DNA of 62,030 bases, filler included, from Choristocarpus tenellus KU-1152 (Eukaryota > Protista > Phaeophyceae): NCBI GenBank assembly GCA_964200185.2. It is 9 parts of 9 records of this genome, joined end to end, with 100 filler letters (N's around TTAATTAATTAA, not from the genome) between each part and the next. Parts side by side here need not be neighbours in the genome. Positions count along the whole stretch, not along the records: positions 43,025 to 51,938 come from CAXNAD020004202.1; positions 52,039 to 55,301 come from CAXNAD020021178.1; positions 55,402 to 62,030 come from CAXNAD020007714.1; 6 more parts are not named here. One strand, written 5' to 3'. The notes under the pieces are model-generated. The model ran no database searches. It was not told where the DNA came from and worked only from the letters and a program-made list of their open reading frames with translations. Position numbers and translations under genes: made by a program. Every line of letters begins with the position of its first letter. Position 1 is the first letter of the stretch. Shown here in pieces: positions 51,497 through 62,030 of this stretch.

Positions 51497-52097
51497 CTGC
51501 TTGTGTTTAGGGTTAGGGTTAGGGTTAGGGTTGACTTGGTTAAATATAAATAAATATATATATATATTTCGGTTATGGGAGCGGGATGGGAGTTGAGAGT
51601 TTTGGCATACTGGGGAGGAGTGAGCTATCATCCATTTCTTTTTGTTTTACTTGTGGTGCAGGTAACTAACTCACCATCAAGAGTTCTGCGAATGTAGAAG
51701 GCGTGTGTGCGTTGTGTGTGTGTCTATTGTGTATGTGTGTGTTTGTGTGTATCTAGATCAAGTCAATCTCAATAACTTGCTGACAGACAACAGGCTAACT
51801 ATCCTATCCCACACACAACATTGAAATCACAAGGCAGTCACAGAAGCCCCTTACACATATCGAACAACAGTACCTCCCCTCCCCCCCCCCAAAAAAGAAG
51901 ATACTTTTGGAAATTTGTTTAGGGTTAGGGTACGCGGCNNNNNNNNNNNNNNNNNNNNNNNNNNNNNNNNNNNNNNNNNNNNTTAATTAATTAANNNNNN
52001 NNNNNNNNNNNNNNNNNNNNNNNNNNNNNNNNNNNNNNCTCTATAAATTGGCCACATGAACACTCATGGGGTATCTTCAGATACCCACACGATTGAT

Positions 52098-52277
52098 GAC
52101 TCAAAGTATCTGGGGAGGGGGGGGGGGTCTGCACCAGGGTGTCCATTTGGGTCAAAATTAGGAAAAGTGCACTCACTTTATCCATCCGACGTAAGCAACC
52201 AAATCACCCAATAATTGTGACATGAAAAAATTGACCCCAAATGGACAGCCGCCACCCCCTCCCAGATAATTTGAGTC
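52098..52277. mobile_element. MITE family A, full copy in opposite orientation to 58261 and 59142
   Basis: GACTCAAAGTATCTGGGGAGGGG ... CCCCTCCCAGATAATTTGAGTC; flanks TGAT/TGGT. Confidence 0.9.
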
Positions 52278-52665
52278 TGGTATCCTTTTCTCCCACTAGA
52301 CAGTCAGTCACGATGTGTGCTCACCAGACATTTTGTTTTCTTATATGCAGAAAGAACCCACACTGGGGGTGGTGGTGATGTGACGGACAGGTCCCACTGG
52401 GAGCTGACATTGGTCAGATCCATTTCCGTGCGCACACATGAGTGTGTTGCTCACACATTTCTTTGTCATTGTTGAAGTTCACATCAACATCAATGAGCGA
52501 GAGATGTCCCGAGAATTCCTGACCACTTGCCGTTGACAGATATGGCGTCAACAATGCGATCAGAGGTTAAACTGAAGCTCATCCCAAGATTTATTGGTCG
52601 TGAGGTTTGAAGGTTTGCTGTGAAGCAACCCCCCTTTGACACGACTGGTGATTATGAACACTCAC

Positions 52666-52934
52666 GAGGGAAAGTACCTTAGAGGGTACGAGTTTTGCCC
52701 TGTTAGTTCATTTGGGGCTTGGCTTTCCACGGGTTTTTAATGACATTTAACCTACTCCAAAATGTTTCGGAGTAGGTAAAATGTGTACATTATGAATAGG
52801 TGTGTCCGGAACAAGGATATTGACATCTCCTAACAAATATGATAGCCAAAATTACATCAAAATTGCATCAAAATTGCAACATTGAATTTTGGCTTCCAAA
52901 TGGATCGACTCTACCCTCTAAGATACTTTGACTC
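52666..52934. mobile_element. MITE family B, full copy
   Basis: GAGGGAAAGTACCTTAGAGGGTA ... TACCCTCTAAGATACTTTGACTC; TCAC on both flanks. Confidence 0.9.
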
Positions 52935-53610
52935 TCACCACGATTGAGTGGACCCTGCCTCAGTACATTTTTATTTTTGTTTTTACTAGTAGCAGTAGTA
53001 GTAGTAGTATCATTATTGTTAAGGTTCTTAAAATGAGTTATGGCTATGGCTAATAAACTACGATGTATTCCATTATTTGGTGGTGTTTGAATCAATTGTG
53101 TTATTATCATTGTTTATATTCACGTTATGGGTTAACTCTTAAATCATACCGCCGCAAGCAGTGGTAGTGTTAGCATCATACACATGTACCTTATTCACTA
53201 AGAAATACATGATCTAAAAAAAAGAGAGTGGGCGTCCTACAGGCACATTGCTCCAATAGTTAGTCTTCTGACCAAATTGTCTTCTTCTTCCTCCATCAAA
53301 CTACTATTCGCAATAACTTTACATACTCAAGATCTTCGTGAATAGCTCATCATCAAGTCGTGCAAAAACTCCGAGAAGCGAAATCAATTCTCAAATCAGT
53401 AGTTCAAGGTTTGGGCTAACTGGCTCCTTAGAAACAAATATTTGTAAATGATGTGGTGTGGTGTTGCCCTTACAATCGGTTCAGGAAAGAAGAATATATG
53501 AACCACTCCCTACTTGAATATCCTACGCGAGGTTAGAAACAAAACTCGCCACGTAATATGATCGGAAGTGAATATGAAAAACCAACACAAAAATAGCCCT
53601 GCAAAACTAC

Positions 53611-53869
53611 GAGTCAAATTACCTTAGAGGGTAGAGTCGCGTCCATTTGGGACCAAAATCCAATGTTGCGATTTTGATGTAATTTTGGCTATCGTATATG
53701 TTAGGAAGTGCCAATATCCTTGTTCCAGACACACCTTTTCACAGCGTATACATTTTACCTACCCCGAACCATTTTGGAGTAGGAAAATGTCATTAACAAA
53801 ATCCATGGGAAGCCAAGGTCCAAATGGACAAACGGGGCAAAACTCGTACCCTCTAAGATACTCTCACTC
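53611..53869. mobile_element. MITE family B, full copy, inverted relative to 52666
   Basis: GAGTCAAATTACCTTAGAGGGTA ... TACCCTCTAAGATACTCTCACTC; TAC on both flanks. Confidence 0.9.
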
Positions 53870-56368
53870 TACCAACCAACAACATGACAAGCAACAACAG
53901 CAAATAACTAATCGTGCCTCTTACGAACTCGTTCCCCTCTTCACGACTACTCCTACAGGTCTATTACTACTACTACTCTACTACTACAAAGGTGCGTTGT
54001 GCTACTTCTTTATTGTTATTCCTGCTGTTGTTGCCATTATCATTTCAAGTCGCATAGTGTTACTACTACTTCAAGGAAGTGAGAACATAGACAGATGATG
54101 TGGGGGAAGACAGGAAACGCTCATGCACACTCATTCACAGTAACACAATGATGGATGCATACAAGGGCCATACCACTCACTACAGAATCGGTCTTTTTTT
54201 CCAACCCTAAACAACTCGGAACATACGCAGAAGATGCCGATCCCACCTCAGAACAATTGCCAAGCAAAATTCCATCATTTTGGAAAAGTTGCATTTTATA
54301 ATATCAAGGATAAGGTGTAAAGTAAAGACAGTTTTGTGTTCAACATTGTTCCGTTCAAAAAATCTCTTCAGGACACTTTTTTGTGTTAAACCCTACAGGT
54401 TTCCTTCATGAAATATCAGCCACTTTCAAAAGAGTAAGTAGTCGCTGCAATATCAACTGTGCACATACAAATGGCTTTGCTGCTAAGCATTGTTGAGGTC
54501 TCTCACATTCGTAATTGCCCTATCCGGTTCCCTTCATGTTGAGGTCGACATCGGTCAATTCTCATTCTGGTCCTTCTTCAAGCCCCATGCAGAGATGAAT
54601 ATATGCTTAATCATAGTTTCTTTGCTATTGAGTTATAAATGCCACGATAATTTATTTTCTCCTGCTAATATCACGTTTGAAGAAATAATTGCGGACAACA
54701 CAACCATGAACAAAGAGTGCAACAAACCTTTTACATTTTTTATGCAAGTTTTATGGCATGTGAACATTCTACAGTTGATATCGTTTCACGGATTGGTGTG
54801 ATGATGGGGGCTGGTCTTACAATGCGCTGGGAGAGAAAATGTATAAGGTATGTTGCTAGAATCTCTGTATTTGCAATATGGTATTTGCTGATGTCCGGCG
54901 CCATTTTGCAGGAAGATTCTCAATGGCTTTATGGGAAAGCAATCTTAGATTGATGAAAGTATATAGCCAAATTGGGACTCTTTTCCTGCTTTGGAGTTTC
55001 AGTACCGCTGCTCGGTATTGGTACAACCATCATATCCCAGGTATCGTAGATATATGTTGTGGTGGATGTGCTTGAGGGCATAGTTTGCCGCTTGCTCTGT
55101 CACTATTGGTTCAACTATTGGTATTGTTTTGTCTCGAGAGTTCGTAACATCTCTTCTTTATAGGTTAGGGTTGATGTGTGTGGAAGTTCCTAAACTCGTA
55201 ATGGAACAGTCTTTGCACAAAAAGAGGTCAGGTGATGCTCTGCAGCTTTTATTGGAGAATTTGGGGGTCAAAGTACCTGGGGGGTGGGGGTGGTTTGTGA
55301 GNNNNNNNNNNNNNNNNNNNNNNNNNNNNNNNNNNNNNNNNNNNNTTAATTAATTAANNNNNNNNNNNNNNNNNNNNNNNNNNNNNNNNNNNNNNNNNNN
55401 NAGCCAGATAATGTAAGTTCCCCTCTCCTGGTCAGGGCCCAAATAGACACCCTGGTGTAGACCCCCCCCCCACCCCCCCCAGATACTTTGAGTCAGAGAT
55501 CTACCTTGCACAGCATCTTTGGTCAGATAAGGCTGGCATTGGTGCCAGCACTTGAGTGGGGGGAGAGAGGTGGCATGTGTGGACTGGTGTGAAGGGTAGG
55601 CCAAACAAGACTAATACTAATCCAAGCGAAAAAGAATGGGGGATAATCTAAAGTCTGTATAAATGCCATGATCATCATCCACACAACAAATAACGTATCT
55701 CTTAGTGCTAATAGATATACTTCAAATCCTGTTGGATACTACTAAGTACACAAAAATACTACATACCATAGAAGTTATTGATATATGCCAGTGGCATGAC
55801 GCCACCATTCTTCTCATTGATGGGGCTAGATCACAACCTCAACCATCCAGGGCTTGATACATTGGCAAAACAATATCAGATAGCTTGCTTGCCTCTTGCT
55901 CACTATCTATTTATTTTTTTGCCTAAACAAAGATATAGAGTTCACTTTTTGGCTCACCTGATAAGTGCACCACTTGCATCATGCACTACTCATCGGACAA
56001 TATGGAAACAAACACCAACCTCAGCAGCAAAACCTCCATACCTTGTAACTCAAAATCTTCAAACATCATCAGTCTTTCCGCATTCCAGACAAGGCAGTTT
56101 TCACTGAATTGAATACTATTGTCAGAGGGAAACAGTTAGCTCCCCTGCATAGAAGTCCACACAACGAGCTGGTGGCACTGGAGATACAAGCACAATCAGA
56201 TCGACTGGTATAGGTCGTTAAGATGACTTTGGTTTGCTCCAGAGGAACCAGATATACTCCCCCTTGTCTTAAAAATATTAACCAGTCATTGGTCTCCCAT
56301 GCTACCTTCGTAGACCCGAGTCCGGATTGCTAGTGTCATCTGGATTTGGTACACGCCCACCCTCTCAC

Positions 56369-57082
56369 CTTCACACCCTCAGATGCCAGTCGATCTAGGT
56401 TGGGTGTGATCTCTTTTAAATCGGACGACTGGTATCCAATGTCACCATGCCCCAGGTCGTCGATCAGGATGAAAAAAACGTTAGGGAGTTTTCCAACCCG
56501 CGAATTCTCTTCCCTCCCCTCCTCTTCTCCTTCTTCTCCTCCAGGAGGTGATTCGCCTGTTTTTCCGCTAGGAGAGATTCTCTCGGGAACGTGCCCTTTG
56601 CGTGAGTCCCTAGGTTCAATCAGCCTTTCGTCCAATGCGCCCTTTTCAGATATTGTCCTACCTACATCCCTCTTCCTGGCGCTCTCCACCACTGTCCCCT
56701 CCCTCGTTTTACCCCATGTCTCCATAAGATTTGAGTTTACGTCCTGGTCATTTACAAGGTGAGGCTTTATCGACCCTCTACCCACTTTCATCTGGTTTGG
56801 TGACATATTAGTGACACCTCTTTCTGCAGTGAGTGACTGCGTCAAGTCTGCGACCGAGTCCTGGTTTGCATCCTGGACGACTCCGAACATGTAAACAAGT
56901 GCCACAAGGGCAGCTGCAAACATGGCAGCCCCAGCTAGGTTGCTATTTGTCAAACCATTACAAAAGCGACTCCGTGAGTTGGCAGGGTCATGTGCAGCTT
57001 CATCGACCATGATATGAGGCAAGAGTCTTGTCTCTTCATTGGTTTCATCCTCGCCACTATGCCCGAGAATTGGGCGGAGCAT
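56369..57082 (-). CDS. N-terminal exon of a type II membrane-anchored arylsulfatase (formylglycine-dependent S1 family); start uncertain, downstream exons not found
   Basis: [39 protein letters not shown] is the standard sulfatase N-terminal motif, followed by donor AAG|GTGAGA; upstream hydrophobic segment [21 protein letters not shown]. First in-frame ATG at 57082, frame open to 57175. Confidence 0.85.
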
Positions 57083-57891
57083 GTCTTTCTCCTCTCTAGC
57101 AACGGGTATCTCTCCTTTCTCCACAGTGTGTAACCCTTCAAATATTGAGGCAATAAGACTATATATGTAAGTCACACTTTGCAGAGAGAGGTGTCATGGG
57201 GCATTGCGAGGGTGGCTAACTCCTCGTCAAAAACACAGACACGACGTTGTCTTCCTTTCGTCTATCAGGAGTTCTTGATCACTCTTTTTTGGATGATTTG
57301 CAGTTATTACTATATTTAATTTTACACTACATTATTATTATATTTTAAGCACTCAATACCAAAGACTCAATACTATAATGTCAATTACTTCGAATGTCAT
57401 CAACACATCCCTTTTCTAGGATCTCCCACACCACATTTTGTGCACATCATACACACATACATATACACCACCCAACCATGTCATGAACTTGTCCATATCG
57501 ACCAGTCCACAAAATCAGACACACCCACAATATCCACAGTTGTCCAAACAGTCAGAATGACCATCAGAACGAAGATCCATTCCGGTTCTGACTGATCCAT
57601 TTTCCGGCTGTGACATTGTTCAAACATTCTGTGACATCATCTCTTCTGAATTTCCGCAACTGACGTTGGGATGCTGAGCCAAGACCTGTGAAACTCGGTC
57701 TCACCCTCTGAGCTGGAAGAGTTCTGTCTGGTGATTGTGATTGCCCCCTTTTGCAGAGAGTTTTTGAGCCTTGACACTTCCACAGTGGTACTCATACCGA
57801 TTGTTCAATGGAGCAAAGCACGCTTTCACACCATGACTGACCCAATCGAGAACTACGAGACACAGAGAAGTGGGTCCAATTCAACTTTCAC

Positions 57892-57966
57892 TTCCAATTC
57901 CAATTCCAATTCCAATTCCAATTCCAATTCCTCTTCCTCTTCCTCTTCCTCTTCCTCTTCCTCTTC
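57892..57966. repeat. Compound hexamer microsatellite (TTCCAA)n(TTCCTC)n
   Basis: Seen directly. Confidence 0.95.
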
Positions 57967-58260
57967 ATCCAGTCAGTAAGGAGAAAACGTCTGTACGAAA
58001 AGGGAAAAGAAAGCAAATACCAGCAACCCAACTGAAGGAGGTAAGGAGGAGGGTACAAATAATATCAAACCTCTACCAGCTCCTGCGCCCACACACGTAA
58101 ACAAAGGCACCCCTGGTGGCTCGCTTGAGCAGGAAGGAGTGGCAGAAGAGCGGCTGAGGGAAGACCTGCCCGTAACCCAGGCCTGGGACTGGTTTAGTGT
58201 ACTGTCAGAAGACCGAGAGGAGAATGGAGGAGGTAGGGCAACAGGGACGTTCGACATCCA

Positions 58261-58442
58261 GGGTCAAAGTATCTGAGGGGGAGTGGTGACTGTCCATTTG
58301 GGGTCAAATTTTCCATGTCGAGATTTTTGTGTGGTTTGGTTGCATACGTTGGATGGATTATGTAAGTGCACTTTTCCTGATTTTGACCCAAATGGACAAC
58401 CTGGTTTAGACCCCCTCCCCCTCCCCCCAGATACCTTGGGTA
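58261..58442. mobile_element. MITE family A (~180 bp), full copy; partial copies at contig ends 13914-13936, 14037-14092, 31348-31388, 55266-55301, 55410-55494
   Basis: GGGTCAAAGTATCTGAGGGGG ... CCCCCCAGATACCTTGGGTA; TCCA on both flanks; internal inverted GTCCATTTGG/CCAAATGGAC. Confidence 0.9.
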
Positions 58443-59141
58443 TCCAGACATACATGAATCGATAACTCGTGTATACCAAGAAAGTCGTGGATGAGGCAAT
58501 AAAGCAATTGGCGCAACCCCTCATGATCAGGGCTAATTGCGACTGCCATGCAAACTTTGAACATGAAGATGAGTACCCAAAACCCAGAAACTTATAGTTT
58601 TACTGCATCTGATTCACAAAGTAAAAGTTGCTTGGCCATTAAGTACCCATCCCACAAAGACTTGCCCCCAATGTGTTTTTGGGACGTGCAGGAGCAGGGT
58701 TGCCCTCCAGTGTCAAATTTTGGATAGTTTTTCACTATTTTCAAGAACCGTGTCAGCACTATTGCTGTGGTCAACCGCCAATCTGTTGATCCAACCCTTG
58801 TAACCATGCATGATCAGATTTTGGGAGACATATGCATATGCTTATTTCAACACCAGAACCCTAGAGGAACTAGCATGGACCAGGCAAGCGTGAGATACTT
58901 CTATGAAACCCTTGATGTTTCTTCATAGGAAGATATATTGTCACGGCAAGCCTCAAGGAATTTTCGGTTCCCAACCCCGTGGATAGAAGTTTCCTCGACA
59001 TGATTGACATAGGTTAGGAACCAAAGGAGGATGTCAGAGCTGTTGCACGACGAGTGAGTCCATTGAAGCTTTTGTTGGTGAGTTGAGAATTAACCCCCAA
59101 GACCGGGCTGACCTCGATCCAGTTGAACTTTCTCCTGCCAA

Positions 59142-59529
59142 GGCTCAAAGTATCTCGGGGGGGGGGTGGCGGCTGTCCATTTGGGGTCAATATTTTTCAT
59201 GTCGCGATTTTTGTGTGATTTGGTTGCATACGTCGGATGGATAATGTAAATGCACCTTTCCGGATTTGGGGCCAAATGGACACCCTTGTGTAGACCCCCC
59301 CCTCCCTCCGGATACTTTGGGTTCAATGTTTCGATTTTGATGTAATTTTGGCTATTGTGCTAGTTAGGAAGTGTCAATATCCTTGTTCAGACACACCTTT
59401 TCATAACGTGTACGTTTTACCTACTCCGAAATGTTTCGGAGTTGGTAAAAAGTCATAAAAACCCGTGGAAAGCCAAGCCCAAAACGGACAAACAGGGCAA
59501 AAATCGTACCCTCTAAGATAATTTCACTC
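59142..59529. mobile_element. MITE family A (59142-59323) directly abutting a left-truncated family B copy (59324-59529)
   Basis: Family A termini GGCTCAAAGTATCT ... GGATACTTTGGGTT, followed at once by family B interior CAATGTT.CGATTTTGATGTAATTTTGGC ... CTCTAAGATAATTTCACTC. Confidence 0.85.
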
Positions 59530-59530
59530 A

Positions 59531-60706
59531 CTACGTCTGTGACTCGCTGAATCGTACGTCGACCACGGCTAATCCTGGTTTTAAATCACCGTATGAAACG
59601 TTGTATGGCACCTCTGCACCCCTGTTGACCTAACAATTTCTACAACCTGGGTCTTGCCGTCTCAATAAGACCCGTAAGACTTTCCAAAAGGCTCAACAGT
59701 GTTTTTACGTGGGGCCGGGGATCAATCACCCCCGTGATTCATACCGTGTTCTTACTCAGACCAGTGCCATTGTTACCACACGTAACTTGGCCTGGCTGTC
59801 CACGAAGGACCCCAGTCTTGCCCCAGTGAGAGAGATTGTCCCTGTTTTGCGAAAGGGGGGGGGGGGACTCGATGCACACCCTCGTTCTGAGGACGAGCTA
59901 TCCCATCCTGAAGCAGGTGATCCACCATTAGATGTACAATCTGTTTGTTCATCTCGCTCCTCCACTGCATCATTCTCTAACGACTCTTCTTGCAGCAACG
60001 GAAGTACAGGTTTGTATTAGGTGAGAGTCCATCCTTTGGCAACAAAGGAGACAGTTTGACTAATGATTCTCCTCTTGATGAAGGGAGTGTAGGTCAGATT
60101 GCCAAGGATCTGGCCGCTTCTGATGATGACTGCAATGACCTTTGTGCCTACTGAATGCAGAGTTCCCAATCAAGAATCTTGGCAAATTGTCTCAGTTTTC
60201 TGGTTGCACTTACACAAGAATATTGGAAGCGTGGTAACCTCTCCATTACCCAGACTAACTGCATTGACAGCTTGTGTTAACGTTTTTCCACCCAATCAAA
60301 CAGTCCCATCCCTGCAGCCCGTCCAGAAGCTTGAAATTAGGGAGGGGGACAATATTGCACAGGATTGTCCCTTTCGAGGGGTGGTTGGGGGGGTTGATGT
60401 GGGTCGGCAACATGACCAGGCCAGATATGGCTAATGCAGTAAGAGCTGTAGCCTGTCATTCGCTTGCTCCGAGCCAAGTACATTAGAGAGCTGTGACCCA
60501 GATCCTCAGGTACTTCAAAGGGGCGCGAGAGTTGGGTCTAACCTAGGAGAAAGGCACAGAATTGGTCTTTATGATCTACGCTGATGTGGATTTTGCCAAT
60601 GAGACTATTGACGGACGTTCTGTATCGGGAGACAGTGATGTGTGGGGGAGCAGCAGTTGCTTGGCTTTCTAGGACCCAACGTGTCATAGCACAGTCGACG
60701 TCAGAA
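59531..60706 (+). mobile_element. Ty1/copia retrotransposon remnant (integrase C-terminus, end of RT, RNase H start) with an internal deletion
   Basis: DSLNRTSTTANPGFKSPYETLYG...KAQQCFYVGPGINHPRDSYRVL...TRNLAW; then PFRGVVGG/LMWVGNMTRPDMANAVRAVA...QILRYFKG and IYADVDFANETIDGRSVSG...AVAWLSRTQRVIAQSTSE. Integrase-RT-RNase H order is copia. Confidence 0.88.
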
Positions 60707-61798
60707 ACGTTCCCACAATTTCTCAAAACAATATTTTAAAGAGAGATATTTCTTTGTATGGAGTTCTTTACGCTTTAGGTAGTGTATAGACTTTCTTCAT
60801 TTCTTTGCGACGTTTTATCATAGGCGTCAAATGAAACAGAGCAACGACAGCCATTATTAAAGTATCGCCCAAATCATCCAAAAGAATAGAGGTGATAAAA
60901 CCAGGGAGATTGCTTGATGACTGTAGAGTGATTGATTAGAGCTAAGTGGGGCATGCAGTACCCCATAAAACCATAAATATTTGCTTTTATATGAAAAATG
61001 TTTTCATATAGCTGATCACTAATAGAAGGTTTCTAATAACTTAATCACTAATGATTGTTCTCTTACTCCATATACGGTTTACAATAACTGTCAGATGGAG
61101 TTGGAAGAGTCTAATCGAATACCCAATTCCTTCCTCAATAACATGAAAAATCATCGGGACGCTGCAGGACTCACATCTGGGTCCCGTGTTGTCCCTCTTC
61201 GGGCTATCCTCATCCCTGACTTCAAACATATTTGTTGAGACAACTTAGACAACGCCTTAACCTTCCTGCCTGGACAGTACCAGAAGTTCACTTCGGTCCA
61301 ACCCCTTGGCGTGTTCTTGATGCAATACAGTATTACCAGTTCATACAGACTGTTGATTTGCACATCAGTAGTAGTCGTTACTCACATTTACAATATTGGC
61401 ACCTCATCATAGTATCATCAATTACTGTTAAAACATCATGTTATAGGAAGCATAGAAAAGTCACCACCTATCAAACATACAAGCATAACATGTGCCATAC
61501 GAGGTATCACATATATTGACTTAAGTTTGTTTCTTTGTTTCTTCTTCTTCACATCAGAGTCAACAGTTGTGTATCATATGTTGATTATTCTTTTTCTCTG
61601 GTTGGATTGCCCCCACCAAAAACATCTACCTCACTCTGCGTTAAGTGTACCTGATGCACACCTGGATGTCATATATTCAGAGTTAAGACATCCTCAGAAA
61701 CCCTTCTTCACAAGGTGTGAAGCCTCTACTCAAAGCATGTATCTCTTCCTTTGAGCGTCTCAAAGAATGCCTACAACGTTGTACCAAATAACCTCTGA

Positions 61799-61957
61799 GA
61801 GTGAAAGTATTTTAGAGGGTACGGGTTTTCCCCTGTTTGTCCATTTGGGGCTTGGCTTTCCATGGTCTCTTATTGACATTTTCCTACTCCAAATTTTTTT
61901 GGAGTAGGTAAAATGTATAGGTTGTGAAAAGGTGTGTCCGGAACAAGGTCGTTGACA
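61799..61957. mobile_element. Partial MITE family B copy
   Basis: GAGTGAAAGTATTTTAGAGGGTACG... with hairpin CCTACTCCAAA...TTTGGAGTAGG; right end missing. Confidence 0.85.
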
Positions 61958-62030
61958 CTGTTGAAACCTGAATCGAATGCATTGTGTATGATACATAGAC
62001 TACGAAGGAAGAGGAATCATGGTGTTGTAA

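Noticed and set aside
54100-55260. Possible piggyBac-like transposase remnant on the minus strand
   Set aside because: Only a vague match (VDIAATTYS); no catalytic motifs or termini identified.

Overview
Eukaryotic, intron-rich, transposon-littered nuclear DNA. It is nine unrelated contigs joined by eight artificial 100-bp spacers (44 N + TTAATTAATTAA + 44 N), so nothing can be inferred across the joins. TTAGGG repeats, long GT-AG introns, a Zn2Cys6 factor, a membrane-anchored sulfatase and a protein with a signal-plus-transit-peptide-like N-terminus suggest a photosynthetic stramenopile, probably a brown alga or close relative (inference). Three complete genes were spliced by hand: a DUF2358-like protein, an Arl8/Arl18-like small GTPase with a GC-AG intron, and a 149-aa calmodulin-like protein. 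Truncated genes are a Zn2Cys6 transcription factor, a type II membrane arylsulfatase and a coiled-coil protein with a WH2-like end; several orphan exons are also present. Intergenic DNA holds decayed copia and gypsy retroelements, at least four related MITE families with shared GA(G/C)-start termini and 3-4 bp target duplications, two minisatellites and many interstitial telomeric repeats. The most unexpected signals are a 70-codon AT-rich fragment resembling a bacterial IS21 transposase next to a spliced host gene, and a TTAGGG tract that replaces the internal hairpin of one MITE copy. I found no CRISPR array, rRNA or convincing intact tRNA, and no intact novel multi-gene system.
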